A DNA stretch of 42,000 nucleotides. Origin: Mustelus asterias. Its lineage: Eukaryota. A program made the position numbers and the translations under genes. Under the pieces are notes generated by a model, which did not search any database, was not told the DNA's origin, and saw only the letters and a program-made list of their open reading frames with translations. The stretch is taken from assembly GCF_964213995.1 (NCBI RefSeq), contig NW_027590818.1:124001-166000 (forward strand), written 5' to 3'. Below are positions 1 through 9,445 of this stretch, in pieces (position 1 is the first letter of the stretch; each line of letters begins with the position of its first letter).

Positions 1-126
1 GAATTATAACTGATAGGTGGAAATTACAATGAAATTAAACTAGATTGAACTGGGAATAACATCAACCCGACAAGTCAAGTTACCGAACATGGGAATTGCT
101 GGGAATTACTGTTTTGATTGTCCTGA

Positions 127-164
127 GGTTTTTGTCGATCGCTCTCCCAGTGCGGTGTCCTGTG
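127..164 (-). promoter_or_regulatory. Recombination signal sequence (22/23-type) 3' of the V segment
   Basis: Minus strand: heptamer CACAGGA (164-158), 22-bp spacer, perfect nonamer ACAAAAACC (135-127). An alternative heptamer CACACAG would give a 24-bp spacer. Confidence 0.8.
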
Positions 165-627
165 TGAGTAGTACCAGTGCTGAACGTTACAGTAATAGGT
201 GGCACTGTCTTCAACTCTCACATCCCGAATTTCCAGTGAAAATGTCTTTTCTGCTTTATTCACCAACACAATAAATCTCCCCCCGCTGGAGACCCGCTCC
301 CGCTCTGTCGGGGGCTGGGTTTTTCTGAAAACAATTACCATTTTCTAAATCATAAACTCATAGAAAACACAGGTGATGGTAAGAGACTGATACTCCTTCC
401 TGGTCAACGCTGCCAGGCTCTGTGTCACTGACTGATTGAAAGATCCTGGAAATTAAACACAGAGTTTAATGGACCATCAGAGCCGAACCAAACAAAGGGG
501 CTAAAATCCTAGACAGTGTCTGTAATTTAGATGGACTGGGGCATCTTTATATTCAATCCACGTAATGTGGGTGAGTTTGATCGGTACTCATCAGGGTAAA
601 CAGGGTGAAAACAAGAAGGATTCCCAT
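165..627 (-). pseudogene. NAR-type antigen receptor V gene segment (best fit NAR-TCR V; IgNAR V alternative), pseudogene
   Basis: Leader exon 627-588 (MGILLVFTLFTLM, weak donor GTACCG), 142-bp intron ending TTTCCAG, V exon 445-165: SFNQSVTQSLAALTRKEYQSLTITCVFYEFMI*KMVIVFRKTQPPTERERVSSGGRFIVLVNKAEKTFSLEIRDVRVEDSATYYCNVQHWYYS. The canonical Cys residues are only 60 aa apart (no CDR2), and SSGGRF...KTFSLEIRD resembles VNAR SKGGRY...KSFSLRIND. In-frame TAG at 345-347. Confidence 0.85.
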
Positions 628-629
628 CG

Positions 630-860
630 TTCTGCTGACGGTTTATATGCCAGGGAGCTGAGACTACAGAGCTGGAGTGCTCTGGGACACTGGATCTCAG
701 AGCTGCACTGAAATACTTCAGACCCGATCAATGGTAAATTAGGCCACGCCCACAGTTTAAAACGAAACTCAAGTATTTAAATGGGGAACTGAGCTGTGAA
801 TTTTCCGTCGGAACTCCCGGCAGCGAGAATCCAGAATTTCAGCAGGTGACCGACAGTTGT
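630..860 (-). promoter_or_regulatory. Probable V-segment promoter region
   Basis: TATAAA and a CGTCA half-CRE just upstream of the leader ATG; CACGCCC, AAACGAAACT (IRF-like), GGGGAACT (Ets-like) and a CAGGTG E-box further upstream. Short motifs only. Confidence 0.3.
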
Positions 861-904
861 GGGTGGCATGCTCTACTTGGTCTCGAATAGATTATTTATT
901 GTTA

Positions 905-2640
905 TTGACTCAGGGGATGTGGGCTTCGCTGGCGATGGCAGTAGAGTCATAGAGTCATAGAAGTTTACAGCATGGAAACAGGCCCTTCGGCCCAACTTGT
1001 CCATGCCGCCCTTTTTTTTAAACCCCTAAGATAATCCCAATTGCCCGCATTTGGCCCATATCCCTCCATAGCCTTCGCATCCATGTAGCTATCTAAAAGT
1101 TTTTTAAAAGACAAAATTATACCCGCCTCACTACTACCTCTGGCTGCTTGTTCCAGACGCTCACCGCCCTCTGTGTAAACAAAATGCCCCTCTGGACAGT
1201 TTTGTATCTCTCCCCTCTCACCTTAAACCTATGCTCTCTAGTTTTAGACTCTGCAACTCTGGGAATGAATATTGACTATCCAGCTGATCGATGTGCCTCA
1301 TTATTTTAAAGACCTCCATAAGGTCATCCCTCAGCCTCCTACGCTCCAGAGAAAAATGTACCAGTCTATCCAGCCTCTCCTTATAACTCAATCCATCAAG
1401 TCCCGGTAGCATCCTAGTAAATCTTTTCTGCACTCTTTCTAGTTTAATAATATCCTTTCTATAATAGGGTGACCAGAATTGCACACAGTATTCCAAGTGT
1501 GGCCTTCCCAATGTCCTGTACAACTTCAACAAGATGTCCCAACTCCTGTATTCAATGTTCTGACCGATGAAACCAAGCATGCCGAATGCCTTCTTCACCA
1601 CTCTGCCCACCTGTGACTCCACTTTGAACATGTACCCCGAGATCTCTTAGTTCTGTAACGCTTCCCAACGCCCTACCATTAACTGAGTAAGTTCTGCCTT
1701 GGTTCAATCTACCAAAACGCATCACTTCGCATTTGTCTAAGTTAGACTCCATCTGCCATTCGTCAGCCCACTGGCCCAATCAATATCCCGTTGCAATTGG
1801 AGATAACTTTCTTCACTGTCCACTATGCCACCAATCTTGGTGTCATCTGCAAACTTACTAACCATGCCTCCTATATCCTCATCCAAATCATTAATATAAA
1901 TGACAAATAACAGTGGACCCAGCAATGATCCCCGAGGCACACTGCTGGTCACAGGCATCCAGTTTGAAAAAACAGTCCTCTACAACCATCCTCTGGCTTG
2001 CGTCAAGAAGCCAATTTTGTATCCATTTAGATACCTCAGCCTGGTCCAGTGAAATTTAACCTTATGCAACAACCTACCATGCAGTACCTTGTTATTAAGG
2101 CCTTGCTGAAGTCCATGTAGACAACATCAACTGCACTTCCCTCATCTACCTTCTTGGTTACCCTTTCAAAATACTCAATCAAATTTGTGAGACATGATTT
2201 TCCACTCACAAAGCCATGCTGCCTGTCCCTAATCAGTCCTTGCGTCCCTAAATTCCTGTAGGTCCTGTCTCTCAAAATACCTTCCGACAATTTACCCACT
2301 ACAATGTGAGGCTCACGGGTCTATTCCAGTAGACATTACCAATCTCTATTTGCCCTTGATAACGCGGTGGTGAACCGCCTTCTTGAAAGGTTGCAGTCGC
2401 TGCGGTGTATGTAAACACACAGCGCTGCTAGGGAGGGAATTCCAGCATACTTTCCAAGGGACAGTGAAGGAATCGAGTACATTTCCAAGTCTGGAAATTG
2501 ATAGTGTTCCGATGTGTCCTTCTAGGTTTTAGCTGTTGTGTGCTTGAAATGTACCGCTTAACGAGGCTTGGTGAGTTCCTGCAGTGCATCGTGTATGTAA
2601 TGCAGACGGCTGCATTGGTGGTGGAGGGAATGAATGTTTG
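905..2640 (-). mobile_element. Old LINE 3' fragment (CR1/L2-type) split by a younger CR1: pieces 905-945 and 2327-2640
   Basis: GGATGTGGGCTTCGCTGGC continues as ...TTGCCCTTGA...GAACCGCCTTCTTGAA...AGGGAGGGAATTCCAG; related tails recur near 17620, 26790, 32480 and 34290. Confidence 0.55.
946..2326 (-). mobile_element. CR1 LINE, 5'-truncated, frameshifted RT and 3' UTR
   Basis: ORFs with QHGFVSGKSCLTNL, YMDFSKA, FADDTK, RPHLEYCVQFWSP; (CTATGACT)n tail at 946-960; target-site duplication (TSD) CAGTAGA at 939-945 and 2327-2333. Confidence 0.95.
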
Positions 2641-3156
2641 GGTCCATTAAAACTGATTTCAAACAATCGACATGCAAAGCAAAATGAATGCTTTCTGAGG
2701 GGTGCATGCCATTATGTAACGTAATACCGCGACGGAAGAGACGATCTCGATTTTGTTCATCCCTGTATCCTAATCAAACAGGGGACCATGATGAAGCAAT
2801 ATTATAGAGAGAGCCTAGTGAATTCATGAATGACACAACGACTACGAAATAAGTAACCAGAGCTTTAAAACCACCAAAAAACAAGGAGAATCTAGCCAGC
2901 ACAATAGAAATGGGGTCCAGAGAAGAATAAACATGGAAAGAAACGACTGGAATAGTCAAGAGGGCTGGGATTGTTATCAACATATCTATTAATTTCCATA
3001 TGTTCTTCTGTCGGATTTTTTGACAGCTCCCACGTGGTGCGCATTGGGCAGTTTCATGATGTTTCCGGTGCTGTGTGAATGTGTTTGTGAGAATGCATGC
3101 TATTGTGACGTGATTGTCGGTGGAGTCTGTCGGCATCATTTGTACTGTCTGGGAAT

Positions 3157-3509
3157 GACTTACATTTTATGAGGAACTTATATGTTGCATGGGACTCCTA
3201 CTTCTGTTTTATGAGGCCATTCGATAACATGTGACTGTCATTGTCAATTCGATACAAAAACAGAAAATGCTGGAAAATCTCAGCAGGTCTGACAGCATCT
3301 GCAGAGAGAAAATAGAGCCAACGTTTCGAGTCTGAATGACCCTTTGTCAGACCGCTTCGCTCCACAGATGCTGTCAGACCTGCTGGGATTTTCCAGCATT
3401 TTCTGTTTTTGTATCGAATTGACAGTGACAGTCACATGTTATCGAATGGCCTCATAAAACAGAAGTAGGAGTCCCATGCAACATATAAGTTCCTCATAAA
3501 ATGTAAGTC
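3157..3509. mobile_element. Penelope-like fold-back element (family A) within a 145-bp-arm inverted repeat
   Basis: Arms 3157-3301 and 3365-3509 with 2 mismatches; core AATGCTGGAAAATCTCAGCAGGTCTG shared with copies at 25273 and 32170; spacer has a degenerate hammerhead on the minus strand (CTGACAA-A-GGGTC-ATTCA-GACTC-GAAACGTT). Confidence 0.75.
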
Positions 3510-3540
3510 CCCTTCTCATGGACAGCCGCTGACGCAATGT

Positions 3541-3612
3541 GCTTAGTGAGCTCAGTCGGTAAAGCAGAAACTCTTAATGTTAAGGTCGTGGGTTTGAGGC
3601 CCACTTTGGGCG
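3541..3612 (+). pseudogene. tRNA-Lys(CTT) pseudogene
   Basis: 72 nt colinear with vertebrate tRNA-Lys-CTT (AGCTCAGTCGGTA...ACTCTTAAT...GGTCGTGGGTTtGAG.CCCAC.TTGGGCG); stems and B box mutated; T-run downstream, no CCA. Confidence 0.85.
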
Positions 3613-4065
3613 TCAGTGTTTTTAAACTTTTCTGCTTTCCTGTGTGAATTCCAGCTCTCCATTCCTCCGGCAGTGTCACCACTCAAACTGGGTATTTCCC
3701 CGTGCTGCTTTGTGAAACCCTCAGTTACTGGTTTCTGAATGAAAACTGCCTGTCCTCCATTGGAAGCCGAAAAGTTTGGTGCTTAATTCAGCTAGAGGTT
3801 TGTTTTTAAATCATTTAGCATCATATTTGGACCGAGATCTGTGATATATTTCTGTCAGTGGAAAAAATAAAATCTACGCATTATTGGCCAGATTTTACCT
3901 TGTATTGCCATCTCTATCGTCAGCGCTTTGCAGCCGATCACTGTCCTTTTCCTGTTCTTGATCTTCTGAACATGACATTTCCAACTCAAGCACAAAGTCG
4001 TGCATCTCCCTTACTGGTACTGACCACAAAATCAATAATGGTTGATGCACAATAATAAAATTGCT

Positions 4066-4137
4066 TGCCCTGACAAGAAATCGAACCCAAGCAGTAACGG
4101 TGCAAGCGCTGCATCCTAACCACGAGACCACGAGGTA
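4066..4137 (-). pseudogene. tRNA-Glu-derived pseudogene (anticodon mutated to TGC)
   Basis: Reverse complement TACCTCGTGGTCTCGTGGTTAGGATGCAGCGCTTGCACCGTTACTGCTTGGGTTCGATTTCTTGTCAGGGCA is colinear with tRNA-Glu (TCCCTGGTGGTCTAGTGGTTAGGATTCGGCGCT...); multiple stem mismatches; TTTT downstream. Confidence 0.8.
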
Positions 4138-4789
4138 AAATACGAGGTGCTGATTTTTTCGAATATCTAATTGATAATTGAAACCTTTGACTTTCATTTT
4201 CTTTTCAGACTTTTGTTCCCCAGAAACAAGTTTGTCCTTGAAATTGTCAAGTTTAAGCTGAGCAAAATTGACTTCTTAGCCAGTGGAAACACGAATGCTG
4301 TTAACTGGAACATGAAATTAGCAGTGCGATGAAATAGTCCCATAAGCTGCTGATATGTAACTTTCAATTTCCAAGTCTCACCAACCTCATCATTGCAGCT
4401 CATGTGATACGTATGAGGCAACACAAGGCAGACATCGGTCACTGAAAGCAATTGACGCAGATCATATGTTAAACATTTTAATGTCGCATCTCTTTATGTT
4501 TCTGTTGCTGCCTCTCCTCCTGCTCCCTCTGACCGTCCAGCTCCTCGGATCAATTAGCTTCTTGTGGCAGACCCAGATAGTTGGAGGGAGGATCGGGGAT
4601 TATAGGACACAACGTTGTGTGAAGAGAGGGAGTTCACAGATGACAGGGGATAGAGACACCAGGATCTTATCTTCCTAATTCTCCAAGATGCAGATTACAG
4701 GAAGTTGCACAGTGCCAATTATTCGCAGTCACGCTCTCCTTTCAGTCTTTTGTACGGAGTCAAGTTTCGTAACCTTTGAAGCCTTGCTG

Positions 4790-5640
4790 CATTTGCTCCG
4801 GGTATTGCCAATACTTCATTTGGAATATTGTGTGCATTTTTGGTGTTTTACATTTAAGACAGGATGTGCATCTAATGGAGACGGTACAACAAAACTTCAC
4901 TGGGCTATTCTCTGAGATGAAGGGGTTGTCCTATCATGAGAGATCGGGTAAATTGGGCTCAAATTCTCTGGAGTTCAGCAAAATGATATACTATCTCATT
5001 GAAACATACACAAGAATGAATGGAATAAATCGGATGCATTCTGAGATGTCATTCGCATTCTCAAATGATTTAAAATATGGGACACAGTCTCAGGATAAGG
5101 GACAAAGACTTTAGGACATTTAGGACTGAGATGAGGAGAATAGTTTTGTTGGTTATATATCCAATTCAATCCAATCAAAGTCCAATTCAGTGTCGCAGCA
5201 AGTGATACATACCCGATCCAAGCTGACAAGACAGGGATCTCACCTCCTATCTTGGACTTGATCTATAGGATCCAAGCTGATTCGAGTAGGCATTGCACCT
5301 GCTCCAAGGCTTGATCTCATTTGCATCTCAGCCAAAAGGCCGAGATGCTGCTTTTAAAAAATGCTTCAAATGAAGCTACAATGTAACCTTGTGGCTTCAA
5401 CCAAGTACAGCATGTCGATGCTGCACTTGATCTTAGCCAAAAGGCTGAGAAGCGATGACGAGAAATTACTCCACTCAAAATGTTGCGAATCGTTGGCATT
5501 TTCTCTTCCAGAAGGTTCGGTATGCTCCATCATTGAACACATTTCATTGTGCGACAGACAGATTTCTTCTGTCCAGCAACGAAGGGAAGCAGGCGGGAAT
5601 ATCGAACTTAAACAAATGCTCAGCCACGAATTAATGTTTC
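4790..5640 (+). mobile_element. Decayed CR1 3' end, interrupted at 5141-5456
   Basis: HLEYCVHFW and MKGLSYHER...LG remnants; GATGAGGAGAA resumes as GATGACGAGAAATTACT after the insert. Confidence 0.8.
5141..5456 (-). ncRNA. Retroposed U2 snRNA-derived structured element (candidate U2-type SINE or variant-U2 retrocopy)
   Basis: Starts exactly at U2 nt 1 (5456-5417 = U2 nt 1-40, 3 substitutions); second stem-I copy at 5348-5325; two AGATCAAG...TCAGCTTGGATC units; flanked by GA(G/C)GAGAA direct repeats inside a CR1. Confidence 0.75.
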
Positions 5641-6162
5641 AACACTGAATCTTACGTTTAATAGCATAATCGAAATATATATATATACTTCACTTAACAT
5701 GTATACAATGAACATTTATGAATTAAATAACGTTGGTAACGCTGGGAGACATTTTTAAGGGCGGCCACGGACCCATTACCAACCCGCAAATGTTTGCGTA
5801 TGAATGCTGCTGGGGAGAAAACAGTAGAATTTCCGTCCCTGGATTATTTCGAACTACCAATCGTTCTTTCAATAGCCGAGCTGCAACAGGTATCTTAAAT
5901 TAGGGCGTTAATCATTTCTCTACAGATTCGAGCAAATTCTATTGCTGCAAAAGCTGATCCAGAACTAGAGCATGACCACATCGTTTACAATTCCATACAA
6001 GGGCCTTCCGTTATTTTGTTTCCACATGGTTGCTGTGTGTGGGGGATATTCCCTTTCTCCTACGAAAAAGTAAAATGAATCCATGCCTCTTACGGCAGGG
6101 AGAAATTAAACGGTAGAGAATAGAATTGACCACCAGAAGCCCAAGGCTACAGGACCTTCAAG

Positions 6163-6372
6163 TCATGATGTGGAGTTGCCAGCGTTGGACTGGGGTAGGT
6201 ACAGTAAGAATTCTCGCAACACCAGGTTAAATTCCAACAGGTTCATTTGGCAGCAAGAGCTTTCGGAGCGCAACTCTTTCACCTGATGTAGGAGCAGAGC
6301 TCCGAAAGCTCGTGCCACCAAATAAACCTGTTGAACTTTAACGTGGTGTTGTGAGACTACTTACTGTACTTC
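6163..6372. mobile_element. Penelope-like fold-back element (family B), older copy
   Basis: TCATGATGTGGAG...ACAGTAAG...CACCAGGTTAA head and inverted arm as at 15414; hammerhead motif at 6280-6314 with core mutated to CTGATGT. Confidence 0.75.
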
Positions 6373-6839
6373 CAACTCAATCATCAATAACATCATTCAC
6401 AGCTGCACCTTGTTCCAAGCATTGTGAACCATTTTACTCAGGAGTTATTCCTGGATTCATATTTTCCTCCTTTGTGTTCTCATTTTGAAATGAGATTCAC
6501 TTCAATCTCCAACAAAAATCGAATTGCAAACCAGGCGGAAAACCAATGGGAAACAAATCACTGGGTAAGACAGATTCAATGGCGCTCATTGCAGATTCAC
6601 AACACTCAGCTTTTAAATCAAATTAAGGAATTTTACACCGAAAATTTTAAGAAAGTTGTTGTGGCTTTTTTTTGTGACTGACACACTCCGGTATTGTGTA
6701 AATGCAGCTCGGACGTTCAGTGAGCCGTTTTATCATCTACCTGTGTTTTCCTGAGCCTGTGCTCGGTGTATTGAGAGGATTGTCCTGGGTTGCTGTTGTC
6801 GCAGGGATGGGGAGCCACCCGCTGATTGAAGCTGCAGTC

Positions 6840-6856
6840 GCCGCTATCTGGTGGCA
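6840..6856 (-). promoter_or_regulatory. Possible CTCF site
   Basis: Reverse complement TGCCACCAGATAGCGGC resembles the CTCF core; motif match only. Confidence 0.3.
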
Positions 6857-7109
6857 GTGGGTGATTGGAGATTGCGGGGTAACATTCTGATGCTTGTCTC
6901 TGTCTCACTCACCGTAGAGCTGATTCAGGAATGTGATTATATTTATGATTAGTGTTGCTTAACCCCCTTTGAATTTAAAATCACGCATGTTAATTTGTTA
7001 ACCCACTTTTGAACGAGCATCCTTTGCATGCTAAGTAAATGCAACAACGACGACACTTCAGTAACGATGCCATAGTTGGTATATCTAATTCCTTCCTGCA
7101 AACATATAA

Positions 7110-7690
7110 TGTCATCACCTCCACCACGAAATCCGCAGGCTTACCACTCTCTGCGTGAAAAGATTTCTCCTTATCTCAGGACTAAAATGTTTACCCCGTA
7201 TCCTTAGAGGATGACACGTGGATCCGGGCTCCCCCACATGTCCCACGAGTGGATAAAAAAATCGGTCAGGATTACATTCATGGGAGTTTAGAAGAATGTA
7301 GACTGGGAGAGGAGAATGCCGTATAAATCTGTAAATTTCTAACAGGGCTGGACATGGTACAGGCTGGAAGGATGCTCCCATGGCAAGGTCATCCTGAACC
7401 ACGGATCAATGTTGAAGGATGCCAGATAAAAACATTTTGGACTGAGACGAGCAAATACTCCTTCACCAATAGATTGGTGAGCCTATGCAATTCACGACGA
7501 CAGTAATCCGTCGAGGCTAAAGCCTTTCTTGTCATCAAGAAGGAGTTGTATACAACCTTGGAATCAAAGGGTAAATGGTGGTAGGGGAGGGGGGGGGGCG
7601 TTTGGGGAGTAGGTTTTACTTAGTTTGATGCAGGCGGAGCAGGATCACAGGGCCGAATAGACTTCTTCTGTTCCTATTTTCTACTTTTTT
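7110..7690. mobile_element. Two decayed CR1 3' fragments (minus 7110-7215, plus 7265-7690)
   Basis: RRNLFTQRVV remnant on the minus strand; GGAGTTTAGAAGAATG...GGGCCGAATAGACTTCTTCTGTTCCT CR1 3' end on the plus strand. Confidence 0.7.
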
Positions 7691-9093
7691 ATCTGCATGT
7701 CTCTCTGTATTTCCGTTTGTATCTCTTTCGCTGTATACCTCTTCGTTTATGAGAGTTGTTGTGTGCCAGTGTGCCTCTCTCTATATGTCGTTCTGTGTAT
7801 GAGCCATTGTATTATCTTTGTCTGCAATGGGAAACTTCCGTTTGGGGTTACGATTGAAAAACGGTGAAAGCCTCTCTCCCTGAACTGTGTTTCTCTCTCA
7901 TGCAGTGACAGGAACCTGCAAAGAATTTAATAAGAGAGTTAAACAAAAACTCTTGGGAATGTTTGTAACAGTTTGGTCTGTGGAAAATGTGTTGTTCATA
8001 AGACGTTGGGGGAAGATGTTTCTATCTGATAAATGACTCTGGAAACCTGAGTAAGCTTTGCAAGCATATGTGAGGGAGAGGTTTGAATGGACATTCAGGT
8101 TTTTGGCTGATTGTAGTGTCAATTTGTTTACAGATGCTATTTATAGTGAAGGGCCCGAGACAATGAATTGCCTCCAATATTTCAGGAACGTGAAAGAAGC
8201 AATTCGTAAAGTGAGAAATACTGGAGAATCACTAACTTGAAGTTGCGAGGCCTGATCACTTCTACCTGCTGCTGTTTATATTTTTTTACATTTTTAAGAA
8301 CTATCACATCTTGCCCTTGTTACTCTTGTTGGAAATCTCACTGTTGTTTTAGAAAAGATAAACACCGATCCCACACTAAATACCATTCAACTCCAACCCC
8401 CTGTCCCCGCCCTCCCCCCAAACATAGGACTGAGCAGAGATTGTGAGCTGTAACTGGTGGCAATGAGAACTATGTTTTAAATGTGGATAAGGAACACATC
8501 TCCATTTACAGATCTCTGCCCTGTTTATAAAGTGACGAGGACTCTCCCGGCACTCACTATCTATCCTGAATTGGTCGCTGTTCCTCACTGTCTCACTGTT
8601 ACTCTCTGCATTAATTTTACTCTCTCCTTCGTCATCATAGTTCATCGCGCTCTTTCCAAGAGAAAATCTGCCGGGGGCAGCAAAGCAGGAAAAGGGCAGC
8701 CTGCAGTTTGTAAACCTCACTGAGCCTTGAAGAATGATGGGATTAAAGACGAGTGAGTTTGTGGCATTTGACATTGGTGAGATTCAGATAGATTGCCGTA
8801 AGTTAGAATTTTAGGCACCTCCCCAAATTCCAGGTCGTGCGAATTAATGCATGTGGCATGATGTGCTAGTTTCAGATGGTGAGAGCATAGCCCCCATGTT
8901 TCCCAACACATTTCCCTTCTTTAATGAGTACTTGCCTTTCTGATGTCTTGCCTTCATGGACATCATGAACTGCCGCCAATTCAGGCACCTTGGACCACAG
9001 AGGAAAGAAAAAGCGAGAGAGAGCAAGAACACAGCCCATTGTAGAGGTCACGTGTAAAATGAACAGCAAAAGCAATGAATGTCACATGATGTT

Positions 9094-9410
9094 GGGCAGC
9101 ACGGTGACACAGAAGTTAGCAGTGCTGACTCACAGGAACAGGGGCCTGGGTTCGAATCCCGGCTTGGGTCACTGATTGCGTGGAGTTTACAAATTCTCCT
9201 CGTGTCTGCGTGGTTTGCCTCCGGGTGCGCAGGTTTCCTCCCCCAGTCCAAAAATGTGCGGGTTAGGCAAATTGGCCATGCTAAATTGCCTCTTCGTGTC
9301 AGGAGGGCTAACTAGGGTAAATGCATAGAGTTATGGGGATAGGGCCTGGGTGGAATTGTGTTCCTGCAGACTCGATGGGCCGAATGGCTTCCTTCTGCAC
9401 TGTATGATTC
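9094..9410 (+). mobile_element. HE1-type V-SINE (tRNA-derived)
   Basis: GGGCAGCACGGTG head with A/B boxes, V-domain core, CR1-type tail; TSD ATGTT. Lies 35 bp beyond the stop codon of GPCR gene 1, antisense to it. Confidence 0.9.
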
Positions 9411-9445
9411 ATGTTTTATTCGCATTATTTCTATGTCTATTAGGA

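Noticed and set aside
75-341. 88-aa ORF as a stand-alone protein
   Set aside because: It is the post-stop half of the V exon read through the RSS.
2774-3139. 121-aa hydrophobic ORF
   Set aside because: No recognisable motif or splice context; the hydrophobicity reflects an A-rich opposite strand.
4066-4137. Functional Glu-body tRNA with an Ala (TGC) anticodon
   Set aside because: Acceptor, anticodon and T stems carry multiple mismatches, consistent with neutral decay.
4466-4678. Signal-peptide-like ORF
   Set aside because: Arises from a CT-rich tract; no linked exon found.
5417-5456. Functional U2 snRNA gene
   Set aside because: Only nt 1-40 are colinear, the branch-point pairing sequence is altered, and the flanks are CR1 rather than an snRNA promoter.
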